In this document: positions 10,895 to 20,712 of the stretch, in pieces
How the letters are laid out: each line of letters opens with the position of its first letter
Position numbering within the stretch: position 1 is the first letter of the stretch
Assembly (NCBI GenBank): GCA_000091205.1
Contig: AP006493.2
Reading direction: 5' to 3' (one strand)
Source of the DNA: Cyanidioschyzon merolae
Taxonomy: Eukaryota
Length of the DNA: 64,000 nucleotides
The notes under the pieces: model-generated
The model's input: the letters and a program-made list of their open reading frames with translations, nothing else
Told to the model about the DNA's origin: nothing
Database searches by the model: none
Program-made: the position numbers and the translations under genes

Positions 10895-13051
10895 ATGTCC
10901 GTGTCGAGGGACGTCTGTGAGCCGGCTCCGCCTCGGACGGGCGTTAGTGAAAGCTCGCTTTGGGACTGCGCACTTTACCTTTACAAGCGCGAGAATGTTC
11001 TTCTTGTGCTCACTGCCAACGACCGACGGCCCGGCGCACTTGGTCTTGAGCGTCGACAACGTTCGCAGGGCGCCGGGGCGCCAGCTGCGGACACTGGTGG
11101 TCACGCCGAGTCCTCTACAGCCTCCGTCTGGGTGTTTTGGGCACCCTATGAACCCAGCACAAAGCATAGAGAGCTTTGTCAAACGGACACTGCTCGCGTG
11201 AGCCCGGAGGACAAGGCGACGTTCAGCCGCCGCCATGGAGCGTCGCAGCCACTCGACAGAGGCGACCCGCATGCGTTCAGTGTATGCGTCGGGGACTTGC
11301 TCGCGCTGCGACGGCACCTACCCGCAATTGGCAGCCCTAGAGTATGCTTTACCAAGAAAGGCGGCGAAATGTTGCCCGAACTAGCTTTCCAAGAGGGAGG
11401 ACTTCGCGACTTTCTCAGCGCACTTCGGAGGCATATTGAACTCGAGCCGGACTCCACGGATCCGGACCTATTCTATGTACGGGCTGCAATCGCCGATGAC
11501 TGTCCACGCTCGAGGAAAGCATCGAATGTGCAGATTTCCAACAAAGGGTTTCGGGTGCAGCCCCGTACCAATCGACGGTTTTCGGCATCACCGGCTGCGA
11601 TCGCGATGCTCGTCCAGGAGCAGCCTTCACACATCCAGAGCGGCCCGGTGGTCATCCCGCAGGCGCCATCAGCGAACCCACGACTTTGCGAGCAGCAGCA
11701 CCGGCATGCCTCGGAGGCCTCGAGCCCCTCCGCAGTCTCCGGCAGTTCCAGAGAAGACTCCATATTCGGTACCACACTGGCTGCCGAAGAAGAGCTCACG
11801 TTTCATTTGCTGGAGCGATTCGCGCAGATCACACGCCTCGCACGAACAGCGACCAGCTCGCTCAGCGCAGCGTACCGTCAACGAAGGACACGCGGTCGGC
11901 GCACGGCATCGTCTACGGTCACCGACGACGCCAACCCTAACGCCGCTTCGAAAGATAATGAATACCCAGCGGTCAGCGAGGACGCGACCTCGGATGAGCC
12001 GCTCGCCTCCGTCACCGTTCAGTATGAAAATGGGGAAATCATACCCCCGCTGCGAACCCTGGATCGGGACTTTGCCCGGTATCGACCGCTGCGGGCGGCA
12101 GCGGGTGTGTCTCGGGAGGCGTTCCAGCGCGGACGTCGCCTCGATCCGCTTGCGATGCGACGTGCGATTTTCGCTGGCGGCCTCGAGGAGGATGCACGTG
12201 CCGATGCATGGCCTTATCTTTTGGGTGTTTTCGACTGGACAATATCACCAGAGGAAGAGCAGGAGCAGAGGTCTCGTCTCGAGAAAGAGTACGTGGTACT
12301 TCGCGAGCAGTGGCGCAGTATCAGCGAGAAGCAGGAGCGACGTTTCACGAAATACCGGGATCGTCGTGCCCAAATCGAAAAAGATGTTGTGCGCACAGAT
12401 CGTAACGTTGATCTCTTCCGCAACGACGACAGCGTAGCCCTATCCCAGCTCTTCAACATTTTGCTCACGCATGCGTTTTTTAACTTTGATTTGGGCTACT
12501 GTCAGGGGATGAGCGACCTCGCCGCTCCCATTGTATATGTGCTTGGCGCGAAGGATGAGGCCTTAGCGTTCTGGTGCTTTGCAGCGCTGATGGATGTGCT
12601 CGAACGCAATTTCCGCAAAGATCAATCGGGCATGAATGAGGAGCTCGCACGTTTGGCGATCATCACGAAACACATTGATGGTGGACTGTACGAGTATTTG
12701 AAACAACAGCAAGCAGACAATTTCTATTTTTGTTATCGCTGGCTTCTCGTTCGTTTTAAGCGCGAGTTCCCCTTTGAACAAGTGTTGTATCTCTGGGATG
12801 TCATGTGGGCTGCGCCTGGTTCTGTTGGTGGCGGTCTGTTCCACCTCTATGTTGCTGCGGCGCTTTTGGAGCTCCACCGCGACGTCATCCTCCAGTACCG
12901 ATTATCTGCTGACGAGCTTTTTTCGTATGCGAGCCGCATGGCCATGCGGAATGATGCAGAGCTAGTCATCGCCAAGGCGGAAACTCTTTTCAAAGAGTTC
13001 GGGCTACCAGCGGAGATTGAACTCCAGCTTACCCAGAAGCGCCTGATTTAG
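10895..13051 (+). CDS. TBC-domain Rab GTPase-activating protein, Gyp7/TBC1D15 family.
   Basis: 718-aa ORF. The C-terminal half has the TBC catalytic dual fingers: arginine finger IEKDVVRTDR (IxxDxxR) and glutamine finger YCQGMSDL (YxQ), plus the surrounding conserved block (FNILLTHAFFNFDLGYCQGMSDLAAP...YRWLLVRFKREF). Confidence 0.9.
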   Translation: MSVSRDVCEPAPPRTGVSESSLWDCALYLYKRENVLLVLTANDRRPGALGLERRQRSQGAGAPAADTGGHAESSTASVWVFWAPYEPSTKHRELCQTDTARVSPEDKATFSRRHGASQPLDRGDPHAFSVCVGDLLALRRHLPAIGSPRVCFTKKGGEMLPELAFQEGGLRDFLSALRRHIELEPDSTDPDLFYVRAAIADDCPRSRKASNVQISNKGFRVQPRTNRRFSASPAAIAMLVQEQPSHIQSGPVVIPQAPSANPRLCEQQHRHASEASSPSAVSGSSREDSIFGTTLAAEEELTFHLLERFAQITRLARTATSSLSAAYRQRRTRGRRTASSTVTDDANPNAASKDNEYPAVSEDATSDEPLASVTVQYENGEIIPPLRTLDRDFARYRPLRAAAGVSREAFQRGRRLDPLAMRRAIFAGGLEEDARADAWPYLLGVFDWTISPEEEQEQRSRLEKEYVVLREQWRSISEKQERRFTKYRDRRAQIEKDVVRTDRNVDLFRNDDSVALSQLFNILLTHAFFNFDLGYCQGMSDLAAPIVYVLGAKDEALAFWCFAALMDVLERNFRKDQSGMNEELARLAIITKHIDGGLYEYLKQQQADNFYFCYRWLLVRFKREFPFEQVLYLWDVMWAAPGSVGGGLFHLYVAAALLELHRDVILQYRLSADELFSYASRMAMRNDAELVIAKAETLFKEFGLPAEIELQLTQKRLI

Positions 13052-14435
13052 GGTCCATCGTCTGTGGCCGTTGCCGTCGCCAAATGAGCGCCACTGCGAA
13101 CGCTGACCACAAAAAGGCGTATGACATAATCGTACGGTGAAACCATACGAGTCCGAAGCGGCTCATGAAGATGCCCACGATCCATGGGAGAAGCGCTTCA
13201 CCAAGCGTCGATCCAATTGTGCCCCAGGTTGCAACTTCGGAAGCGCAGCGTTCGCGGTCTCCAAAAATCTCAACTGCAATGCTCATCTGCGCTGCATAGG
13301 CTGGTCCCATTGCGAGTCCAAGACATGCAGCTAGGACACGAAGCGAGCGAAGCCGCCACAGCGTGCACAGCCAAGCAATCAGCGACTCGATCACACAGCA
13401 CGTTAGAATGGTCGTGGCGCTGAACCAGACCGACACGACGATCGCCAGTAGCCGGCTGCACATGATTGCCGCCCAGAACAGCGCCGACACCATGTCCGCC
13501 TGAGCGAGCTCCTTGCTTGCACCGTCTGCCTCGTGGGCATAAACAGCGAGCCATGCGCCGAGGGAAACCTCGTAGCCAGCGTAACTCGCGAATACGACGA
13601 CCACGAGCGTGATGCGCGCCATGCGAACCAGGCGTTGACGGGTGGTGCTGATGACGGCCTTGGCTTCGCTCGCGACGACCGGGCCTAGTTGGGTCTTGTC
13701 GTCGACAGCCCGGTTGCCTGTTGGACAGCTGGATATGTTTCTCTCTGCATATCTACGCAGCATCGCAGTGTACATAAACAAGAGCACCAAGGAGAACACC
13801 ACGAAAACGGCATAAGTAGCAAAGCCGAGGTACAACCCATACGCGGACGTGCGGAGCCAAAACGCCAAGATGAGCGGTGCGAGATAAGCACCCACGCTGA
13901 AGCACGCGTGCAGACACTGCATCCAAGACGTTGCCACGCTGCCCGATGCGGCGATGATACTATTCCCGCTAACATCCAGCGACCCGGCGCCGAGACGAGT
14001 GATGAAGAGCAGACCCCCAAGCTGCCAGCGCTTTCGACAGAACGGAAGCATCGCTTGTGACACACCTGACACAACCAAGGACACGGTTAAAAGCAAGCTT
14101 TCTAGAAGCATCGCTTCAAAACTCCGATCAAGCGTGCCGTTTAAACCGGCCCCGATGAAGTACGCGATGCCACCCAGCGAGAACAACCACCCGTCTTTCG
14201 TGACGCCGCCTCGCTCCGACACGAGCTCGTGCAGCGCAGGCAAACTCGGCCCGAGGAAGGCCACGGAAACCCCCAAACACACAAAAGCACTGCATGTCGC
14301 TACATATAACAGATGCTGGATATGATTAGCTGCAGGCATGGAGGTGCACTGCGGTATGCCTCGCGGGCATGTCGCATGCGTCGAGCGCTTGCGATAAGCC
14401 GCACCGCCGCTCTCTGGTATCGCTCCTGAGTTCAT
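13029..14435 (-). CDS. Major facilitator superfamily transporter, MFSD4/NaGLT1-like.
   Basis: 468-aa ORF with about 12 predicted TM helices. N-terminal MFSD4-type motifs FLGPSLPAL and LGAGSLDVSGNS. The first ~30 aa may not be translated (second Met, MPAANHIQ, immediately precedes TM1). Its stop lies inside the last codons of the convergent Rab-GAP gene. Confidence 0.85.
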   Translation of the reverse strand: MNSGAIPESGGAAYRKRSTHATCPRGIPQCTSMPAANHIQHLLYVATCSAFVCLGVSVAFLGPSLPALHELVSERGGVTKDGWLFSLGGIAYFIGAGLNGTLDRSFEAMLLESLLLTVSLVVSGVSQAMLPFCRKRWQLGGLLFITRLGAGSLDVSGNSIIAASGSVATSWMQCLHACFSVGAYLAPLILAFWLRTSAYGLYLGFATYAVFVVFSLVLLFMYTAMLRRYAERNISSCPTGNRAVDDKTQLGPVVASEAKAVISTTRQRLVRMARITLVVVVFASYAGYEVSLGAWLAVYAHEADGASKELAQADMVSALFWAAIMCSRLLAIVVSVWFSATTILTCCVIESLIAWLCTLWRLRSLRVLAACLGLAMGPAYAAQMSIAVEIFGDRERCASEVATWGTIGSTLGEALLPWIVGIFMSRFGLVWFHRTIMSYAFLWSAFAVALIWRRQRPQTMDPKSGASG

Positions 14436-14691
14436 TCAATCCATTGTCATGTTGTTTGAACAGTGCTGTTTCTTATCAGCTCATCTAATTATATACATCT
14501 ATATACTGACTTGTTTCATTTCAGATCATTCAAGTCCAAAATCATCCGAGCGCATGCCATCCGATGCGTCCGTCTGGCAGTAGGCGGCATCGCGTGGCGG
14601 AGGCAGCGCGTTTCCTCAGCGCTTCGTCACACGGGTATCTGCGCAGTCCGAGTTTCCCTAGTGCTTTCGCAGCGAAGCGCACTGGAACGAA
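14436..14691. promoter_or_regulatory. 256-bp divergent intergenic region between the MFS transporter (-) and QCR7 (+). Presumed bidirectional promoter.
   Basis: The start codons at 14435 (-) and 14692 (+) face away from each other. The interval is AT-richer than its flanks. Promoter function is inferred from arrangement only. Confidence 0.35.
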
Positions 14692-15045
14692 ATGGGTCGG
14701 CTCGCAGACCTGGTGTTGAGTGTGCCTGGTACTCGACCACTTGTAACCGCGCTGGCTCGTTGGTACCGTCGCGAGGTCGAGCAGGAGCTGCGCAAGTTCG
14801 GCCTGCGCTACGATGACCTGCTTCTTGAGACGGATCCTGAGGTGAGCGCCGCGCTTGAGCAGTTACCGCCCGCCGAACAGGAACTGCGCTGGAAACGCAT
14901 CAAACGAGCCCTTGACCTATCGATGAAGAAAACGTACTTGGCAGAGAATATTGCGCAACAGGAAGACGTGTGGAACCCTTACTTGCGTGAGCGCGTCTCC
15001 CTGATAAAGCAGAAGAGGCAGGAGCTGATTGAGTCCGGTGAATAA
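14692..15045 (+). CDS. QCR7: Ubiquinol-cytochrome c reductase (complex III) subunit 7 / 14 kDa subunit (QCR7/UQCRB).
   Basis: 117-aa ORF. ARWYRREVEQELRKFGLRYDDLL ... LPPAEQELRWKRIKRALDLSMKKTYL ... NPYLRERVSLIKQKRQE aligns along its whole length with UQCRB/Qcr7 (GLMRDDTI...RLPENLYNDRMFRIKRALDL...YLEPYLKEV). Confidence 0.85.
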   Translation: MGRLADLVLSVPGTRPLVTALARWYRREVEQELRKFGLRYDDLLLETDPEVSAALEQLPPAEQELRWKRIKRALDLSMKKTYLAENIAQQEDVWNPYLRERVSLIKQKRQELIESGE

Positions 15046-17119
15046 TAGCGCGGGGACACGGGTCTCCCTATTCAGACAAGGTGGGATACCACGCCATTTC
15101 AAACGCATCGGGTGCGTGTTGGGCTCTCCTGTTGGCCAGAGCAGTGCACGGTTGTGACGTGCGATTCTCTTCCAGCGGATAACGGCTAGGTGATGCGACG
15201 TGCTCTGATAGCGCCGCCCTGTATCCTCGTGGAGTGCTGCCTCGGGTAGCAACCGTTGAATCACGACCGGGTCGGGCCAGTGCCCGTTCCGTGTATCCGC
15301 TGGACGGTGCCCGGCGGTGTTCATGCAGGCTCGAACGTATCTCAGTGAAAGTGGTCGTATGGCTGGCGCCCTGCCCGCCGAGACCCGTTCCTAAGCACTG
15401 CGGAGCTGAGACGCGACTGGTAACGATGCATCCTGGATATACTCAAGCTGCTGGGCTGCGTTCCACGTTCTTAAGCAGTACTGGTTCGGCTTCGGCGAAA
15501 GCAGTGACTTTGAGTACAGCGAATAGCGTTAGATGCGCAAAATCGGGAACTTTCATTTGGAACGGACAGAAGCACACGAACTGTCAACACATGGATTCTC
15601 TCCGTGCGATATATGCTCTGTTCGAAAATCGCCTTTGATTAGAGATCCCGTCTGCTCGAATGCCGCGCTACGCTGTAATGCCTCGACGGGGTTCGGCTTC
15701 ACTCGGGCTCGCTGGGAGGTTGCATCCAAACTCTTGCGGAGCCGTTCCGTGGCAGTCATCAGCCGCTGCGATGCACAAAGCGATCAGTGTCTTCCTCAGC
15801 ACGCTGATGTAGAAACATGTAATCTTTTCTACGCACAGAAACGAGCTTGAATGAATCTGTTTCCTAAAATATATGCAACAACGGGCAACGTTGGCATTCG
15901 TAGCATGCTCGCCATTCCTAAAGTGTTCGTTTCGTACGGAAGCGCTCTAAAATGTCTGGCCGTGCATGTGTACAGCAGCATGCATATCGCTCACTGCTGG
16001 CTATCGCATTCGAATGGATCCGCCAGGCCAAACCACCGGGTCACGGTGAACACCGCAGAAAAGCGGCTCTACGGAGCATTCAGACGCGAATACCTGCTGA
16101 GCGCATCCACTTGTCAGGCGTTTGCGCGCAAACTTGATACCAGATCTGGAACTCGGAATTCGATTCGAACGCTTAACTGGCTCCGGATGCGCGCAGGCTG
16201 GTGCGAGGCAGTGTCCGACCGAAGAGTTGCGCAGTGAAAAGGACGACGACGCAGGTAGCGCGTGAGAAAACATGCGGTGCGGGAACAGATGAGCGATCCA
16301 GGCACCGCGGAAGGACGATCGTTGATAGCGCCCCTGTCGAGCCGGTTTCCCATTCATGCGTTTGCATCGATGATCTCCAGCGAGACGGAGCACGAGCTAG
16401 TATGAGTTTTGCTCAATCGGGGTGCCGTTGTACCAATGTACGAAACGGAAAATTGCCTACAAATACGCAAAACCATCTAGAGGAGCCCAGTGGACGTGTT
16501 CGGAGGGATTCATATACCCCCGGTGCTGAGACCTCGACACTAGACTGCAACGACCGCAACGACGGTCAGCTGCTTGAGTGCACCCGTCAGCAATTAGCTT
16601 AATTAGCCCGAGACCATCTGGGCATCAGAACTTCGTCCAGCAGGCCGCACCGTCTATCGTAATACGAAAACATGCAACGGACCGGAGCGTACGCACTTTT
16701 CTTAGGCAAATCGAGGCTCATTCAGCGCAAATACCCTTCACCTATTGCTGACAGCGCGTTGTCCGTGTCTTCGCTTCAAGCTTAGAGAAGCCGGCAGTCC
16801 ACTATTGTTGCTGCATGGATGAGCATTACTAGAGTCCTCTGTCTATGCAGAAAACGGCACATGGCATGGCCTGGGAACCTGCATCTCCCACAGATGATTC
16901 AGCATTTCACCCGCTCGATTCTCGAATACCTTCAACGACATAGCGACATACTCGGATTCGCTGCCCCGCGTGTGCCGAGCCCACTTGCAGGAGCTCGCTT
17001 CAACGCTGGACGCGTCACCTCAGGTGACGTACAGAAACGCGATAGCGCCATCGTCGCACCCGTAGTGAGTAGTAGCAGCAGCAGCAGCAGCAACTCAGAG
17101 CGCCACCTGTGATATCTGT

Positions 17120-17340
17120 CTGATCTGCGATCATTGAACCGCACCACAAATCCGCAATTGCGCGTGTACCACCAGCAACGCAGACCGCCACATGCGTTTC
17201 TTTGATAGATCGGATCATTGAATTGTAGCAGGTACCCGCAAGTGCGCGTGTACACCAGCAACGCAGACCGCCACATGCGTTTCTTTGATAGATCGGATCA
17301 TTGAATTGTAGCAGGTACCCGCAAGTGCGCAAGTGATTTG
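17120..17340. repeat. Tandem repeat of about 2.5 copies of an ~84-bp unit (copies 17160-17243 and 17244-17326, plus degenerate flanking partial copies).
   Basis: Direct read: unit gcgcgtgtac(c)accagcaacgcagaccgccacatgcgtttctttgatagatcggatcattgaattgtagcaggtacccgcaagt is repeated nearly identically. It lies ~280 bp upstream of the 729-aa ORF. Confidence 0.9.
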
Positions 17341-17619
17341 CCAGCTGGGTATGCTGCCTGCGATGCCCTGCTCCGTCGCCCTTACGCTGAGCGCTACGCC
17401 TTGACTCCACCAATAAAGTAGGCCCCTGAACGACCTCTGCGTTACTCTGTGGATCGCAAGCAATAACAGGTACATCCGTGTAGAAGTATCGGTAATGGAA
17501 TTCGAAAGCAGCATGAAGAAAAATGGACGATTCCCCGAATACCCATATTCATCCCGCAGTCTTCGGCCCATAGTCCCTGGAAACGCTCTATCGAACAAGA
17601 AACAAAAATCAAGGGCCTC

Positions 17620-19809
17620 TTGGTGCATCCCAATATAGGACATATAGGTACATACTGCCCAAGGATGGATGCACCTCCCGCAGCGCATTTGACGCGCGAT
17701 GCGCGTGGCGATTTGAATCAGCGGCTGGCAATCCGCGCGGGTCATCCGGCAAGCTACGCGCGCTGCTCCAGCGGTGCACAACGCAGGCGACGGCACCGAC
17801 AGACGGTTCGCCACCTCGGCTTCGGATTGTCGGGAATGAGCGGCATCCGTGGTACAGCCGAGCGACGAGTGGAGAAGCGGAACCTCCGGAAACAGGGCTC
17901 TTTCAGCTATCATGCTTTGCAAAATCGTCGAGCGAGCGAGCTCGGTTTCTGGTTACCTAGCAGTGCAGCAAAGACGCTATTCGGCTCTCCGCTGTCTCGG
18001 CGATGCTCTCTGGACACGCATCAGGCACCTGTACGATATAACGACCGCTTCAGGAATGATGCGTGGCAACCAGAACTTATCCAAGCACGCGGGGCAGGCG
18101 GAGCGGGGCTACCCACTTGCTCTGAGGCGCAGCGTGCTGCAACGCGTGAGCTGCAGCCTTCGGACACAGGTCGGTCAGGTGGCGACGCTGGTGCGAGTTC
18201 AGCCAAAGCGGGCGACAAGCACCGAACGATAGATGAAAAAGAGTCCAAAAAGCTGTCCAGAAAGGCAGCCGATGACGCACTCGCGGCGCGCAACGTCTCC
18301 GATGCAGCCTACGCCCGTATTTGTGTTGCGGAGCTTCGCAGTGCACTGGATGCGATCCAGAAACGCTGCTTTTTCGCGCGGAAACCAGAGAGCGCACTCG
18401 GAACAGGAGCAACTGAGTTCTGTGCTCGCCTCGCAGCGCGGATTGGAATATGCGTCAGCCAGCCAGACTGTCGATGCCTTGATGTTGGTGCTGTGAGTGC
18501 GGAAAGACCTGCCCAGCACGAGCACCATTCGTCGCGAAACGAAAACGGTGGACGAACAGAATGCGAGAACTGGGCGCTTCTGGTGCGGCGCTTTCACAGA
18601 CTCATCCGCGAGTGGCTCGCAAGGCGAGTCGAAACGGCGCCACTGTCTGCGCACACCGAAGACGGCGCCTGTGGACCAACTGACTCCATGCATCCAAGCC
18701 GTGGCTTGATGCGGTTCCAGAGCGACGCCCTTACAGATGCATCGGATCCAGACAATGGTGATGAGCAGGAAAACGCCACGACGCCTGGCTTGCATCCGAT
18801 TTTCCATGCCTCATCGCTGTCCAGTAAAGCGGCATTGTCGCAGCGATCGATGCCTGCGGAGCCCGAGATCATTCGGCACACTCTCGCCGTCGAAGCGGAT
18901 ATCCAAGATCGTCGAAAGAGAATACTCCAGGACGTATACCGCGAGCGTGAAAGGTCCGCTGCTTTCCCGAACGATGTGTTGCCCGCATCCAGATCATCTT
19001 TACGTAAGGGTTCGCAGCAGGGTGCATACGCAACTGCCGAGCATGAGGATGAGCTGATCCACGCTCTGGAGTTTCTGAGATCGTCCATTAGCGAGAGGGA
19101 AGCTGAGCTCGAGATGCTCACCAACGAGCAGAGTCAGCTGGAGGCGATGCTCCAGGAGCTCCTCGCCAGCTGCGCCCCTGTTACGGCGGCAAGAGTGCGA
19201 GCCAACATCGATTCCAACGGAGTTTCGAATTCAACAAGCGAGTCGCGACCTCGTCGCCCAGTGTCCAGCCCACAGACGAGCGTGCTGGACCCTGCTGACA
19301 CGATCGAATCCAACGATCGACGACGAGCGACGTGCTCCGCGGCTGCCGAACTGGAGCGCCAGGCTTGCGTACCGACGAGCAACACGCGCCAGGACGACAG
19401 CGACTGCCCTGAATCCGCTGATCGTAACAGATTGCATCCACGATGTTTCAGCGAGCCCGGCCCTGAAGAGCTCGTGTCGCAACATTTGGAACGCGAAAAG
19501 GCAGAACAGCGAGCTGCAATGATGTTGCAACTTCTATTCGCTTCATCGACCTCGCCGAGTAAGACCGTTCATCGTCGACGACATGTTGAAATGGTGGCGA
19601 TCGAACTCGTTACTTCAATGCTCGCATTGAAGCCCTCTGGAGCGATCCAGCTCTCGGGCGATGACGACGAAATGATAGCCATTGAGTTCCTCGAGATGCA
19701 CGGTCTCGTTCGTTCTCAGCGTTCGAATCGATGCCTCGCTTCGCCTACGGCAACTCCAGACGGCACCGCGAAAGAGTATTTCTTTACCGAACCTGCGAGC
19801 AACGCGTAA
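17620..19809 (+). CDS. Hypothetical low-complexity protein with a predicted coiled-coil segment (729 aa). Orphan.
   Basis: An uninterrupted 2.19-kb ORF is far too long to arise by chance even at this GC content. It is Ser/Ala/Arg-rich with a heptad-like segment EREAELEMLTNEQSQLEAMLQELL. No recognisable domain. The true start may be an internal Met. Confidence 0.6.
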   Translation: MVHPNIGHIGTYCPRMDAPPAAHLTRDARGDLNQRLAIRAGHPASYARCSSGAQRRRRHRQTVRHLGFGLSGMSGIRGTAERRVEKRNLRKQGSFSYHALQNRRASELGFWLPSSAAKTLFGSPLSRRCSLDTHQAPVRYNDRFRNDAWQPELIQARGAGGAGLPTCSEAQRAATRELQPSDTGRSGGDAGASSAKAGDKHRTIDEKESKKLSRKAADDALAARNVSDAAYARICVAELRSALDAIQKRCFFARKPESALGTGATEFCARLAARIGICVSQPDCRCLDVGAVSAERPAQHEHHSSRNENGGRTECENWALLVRRFHRLIREWLARRVETAPLSAHTEDGACGPTDSMHPSRGLMRFQSDALTDASDPDNGDEQENATTPGLHPIFHASSLSSKAALSQRSMPAEPEIIRHTLAVEADIQDRRKRILQDVYRERERSAAFPNDVLPASRSSLRKGSQQGAYATAEHEDELIHALEFLRSSISEREAELEMLTNEQSQLEAMLQELLASCAPVTAARVRANIDSNGVSNSTSESRPRRPVSSPQTSVLDPADTIESNDRRRATCSAAAELERQACVPTSNTRQDDSDCPESADRNRLHPRCFSEPGPEELVSQHLEREKAEQRAAMMLQLLFASSTSPSKTVHRRRHVEMVAIELVTSMLALKPSGAIQLSGDDDEMIAIEFLEMHGLVRSQRSNRCLASPTATPDGTAKEYFFTEPASNA

Positions 19810-19907
19810 GCGCTGGACACATACCCGACTCGTACTTGCATAGAGATCTGTCATGACCAATCGGTTATGTATGCATCCCGCTGACATGGTTCGCTACATA
19901 CAGGAAC

Positions 19908-20525
19908 TTAGTGCCTATTCGTTTCTGAGCTTGCCGAGCTTGACACAGTCGCAGCGTCCAGCACGTGCTGAACTTTATCAGCAAATGCTCGTTCCTCCAG
20001 AGCCCGCAGAACCAGATCCGCGCCACCGTCCTCCGCAGTGCCGGACTCGGTGGTCTTTTGTGCTGCTGGCAACCGCCTCCGCGGCCGATAGCTCTGCACC
20101 ATAGCCGTCGGCAGCCGCACCTGGGCCATGGGCGTTGCCGCATTCCACTCCCGCCGCAGCAAGATGCGGAGCTGACGCAGCTCCGCCGCGCTCTCCTGCA
20201 GCTCTCTGTGTAGCTGAAACGCGTTCACATGCTTCTCTGGCGAAGCGCCTTGCCTGCTAGCTTTTGCACTGACGCCGCCCTCCTCTTCCTCGACAAGACG
20301 TGCGAGCTGCGTGGCGCCCTGTCGAAGCTCCCTCACCAGCGCCACTGTTCTACCGCAGAGACGCCCAACAAAGTGCGCAGCCCTCGGGAGGTCCTGCGGT
20401 TTTAGTACCAAGCCGATTCCCAGCGCGAGCACGAAAAGCTGCGTGAACCCACCGTCGTTATACATCAAGCGCGCGACTCCTGGCTCGGTGCCGTACGCTG
20501 CGCTAGAAGCGCATCCGCTTGACAA
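19908..20525 (-). CDS. tatB: Twin-arginine translocase TatB/TatA-family (Hcf106-like) protein. The likely true start is the second Met at 20465 (MYNDGGF...).
   Basis: From the second Met the sequence MYNDGGFTQLFVLALGIGLVLKPQDLPRAAHFVGRLCGRTVALVRELRQG is colinear with E. coli TatB [50 protein letters not shown]. It has an N-terminal TM helix, a P-x-x-LP hinge, a basic amphipathic helix and an acidic, unstructured C-terminal tail. The overlapping antisense ORF 20311..21000 looks like GC-rich noise. Confidence 0.55.
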   Translation of the reverse strand: MSSGCASSAAYGTEPGVARLMYNDGGFTQLFVLALGIGLVLKPQDLPRAAHFVGRLCGRTVALVRELRQGATQLARLVEEEEGGVSAKASRQGASPEKHVNAFQLHRELQESAAELRQLRILLRREWNAATPMAQVRLPTAMVQSYRPRRRLPAAQKTTESGTAEDGGADLVLRALEERAFADKVQHVLDAATVSSSASSETNRH

Positions 20526-20685
20526 GCCAACGAGGTGGTGTGGTTTCGAAGTTGAGAGTGCGCGGTCACAGCACTGTCACCGAACTTTGAAAGCCAGATC
20601 GCTGAAGCAGTGCATCCGCATACCCGCAGATAACCGTCTACGGCACCGTGCAGTGCCTTGTGCAGCTCTCTCGAACGCCTCGAGC

Positions 20686-20712
20686 GCAGCAGCAGCAGCA
20701 GCAGCAGCAGCT
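20686..20712. repeat. (GCA)9 microsatellite.
   Basis: Direct read: gcagcagcagcagcagcagcagcagcagc. Confidence 0.9.

Noticed and set aside
17160-17340. Possibility that the 84-bp repeat is a 5S rRNA gene array.
   Set aside because: The unit is only 84 bp and lacks the invariant loop E (GGATGGG) and the 3' helix. Only partial resemblance, so it is kept as a low-interest note and not annotated as rRNA.
16819-17413. Three ORFs (97-132 aa) on both strands across 16.8-17.4 kb.
   Set aside because: They simply read through the 84-bp tandem repeat and the (AGC)n tract. Their repetitive peptide sequence is a repeat artefact.
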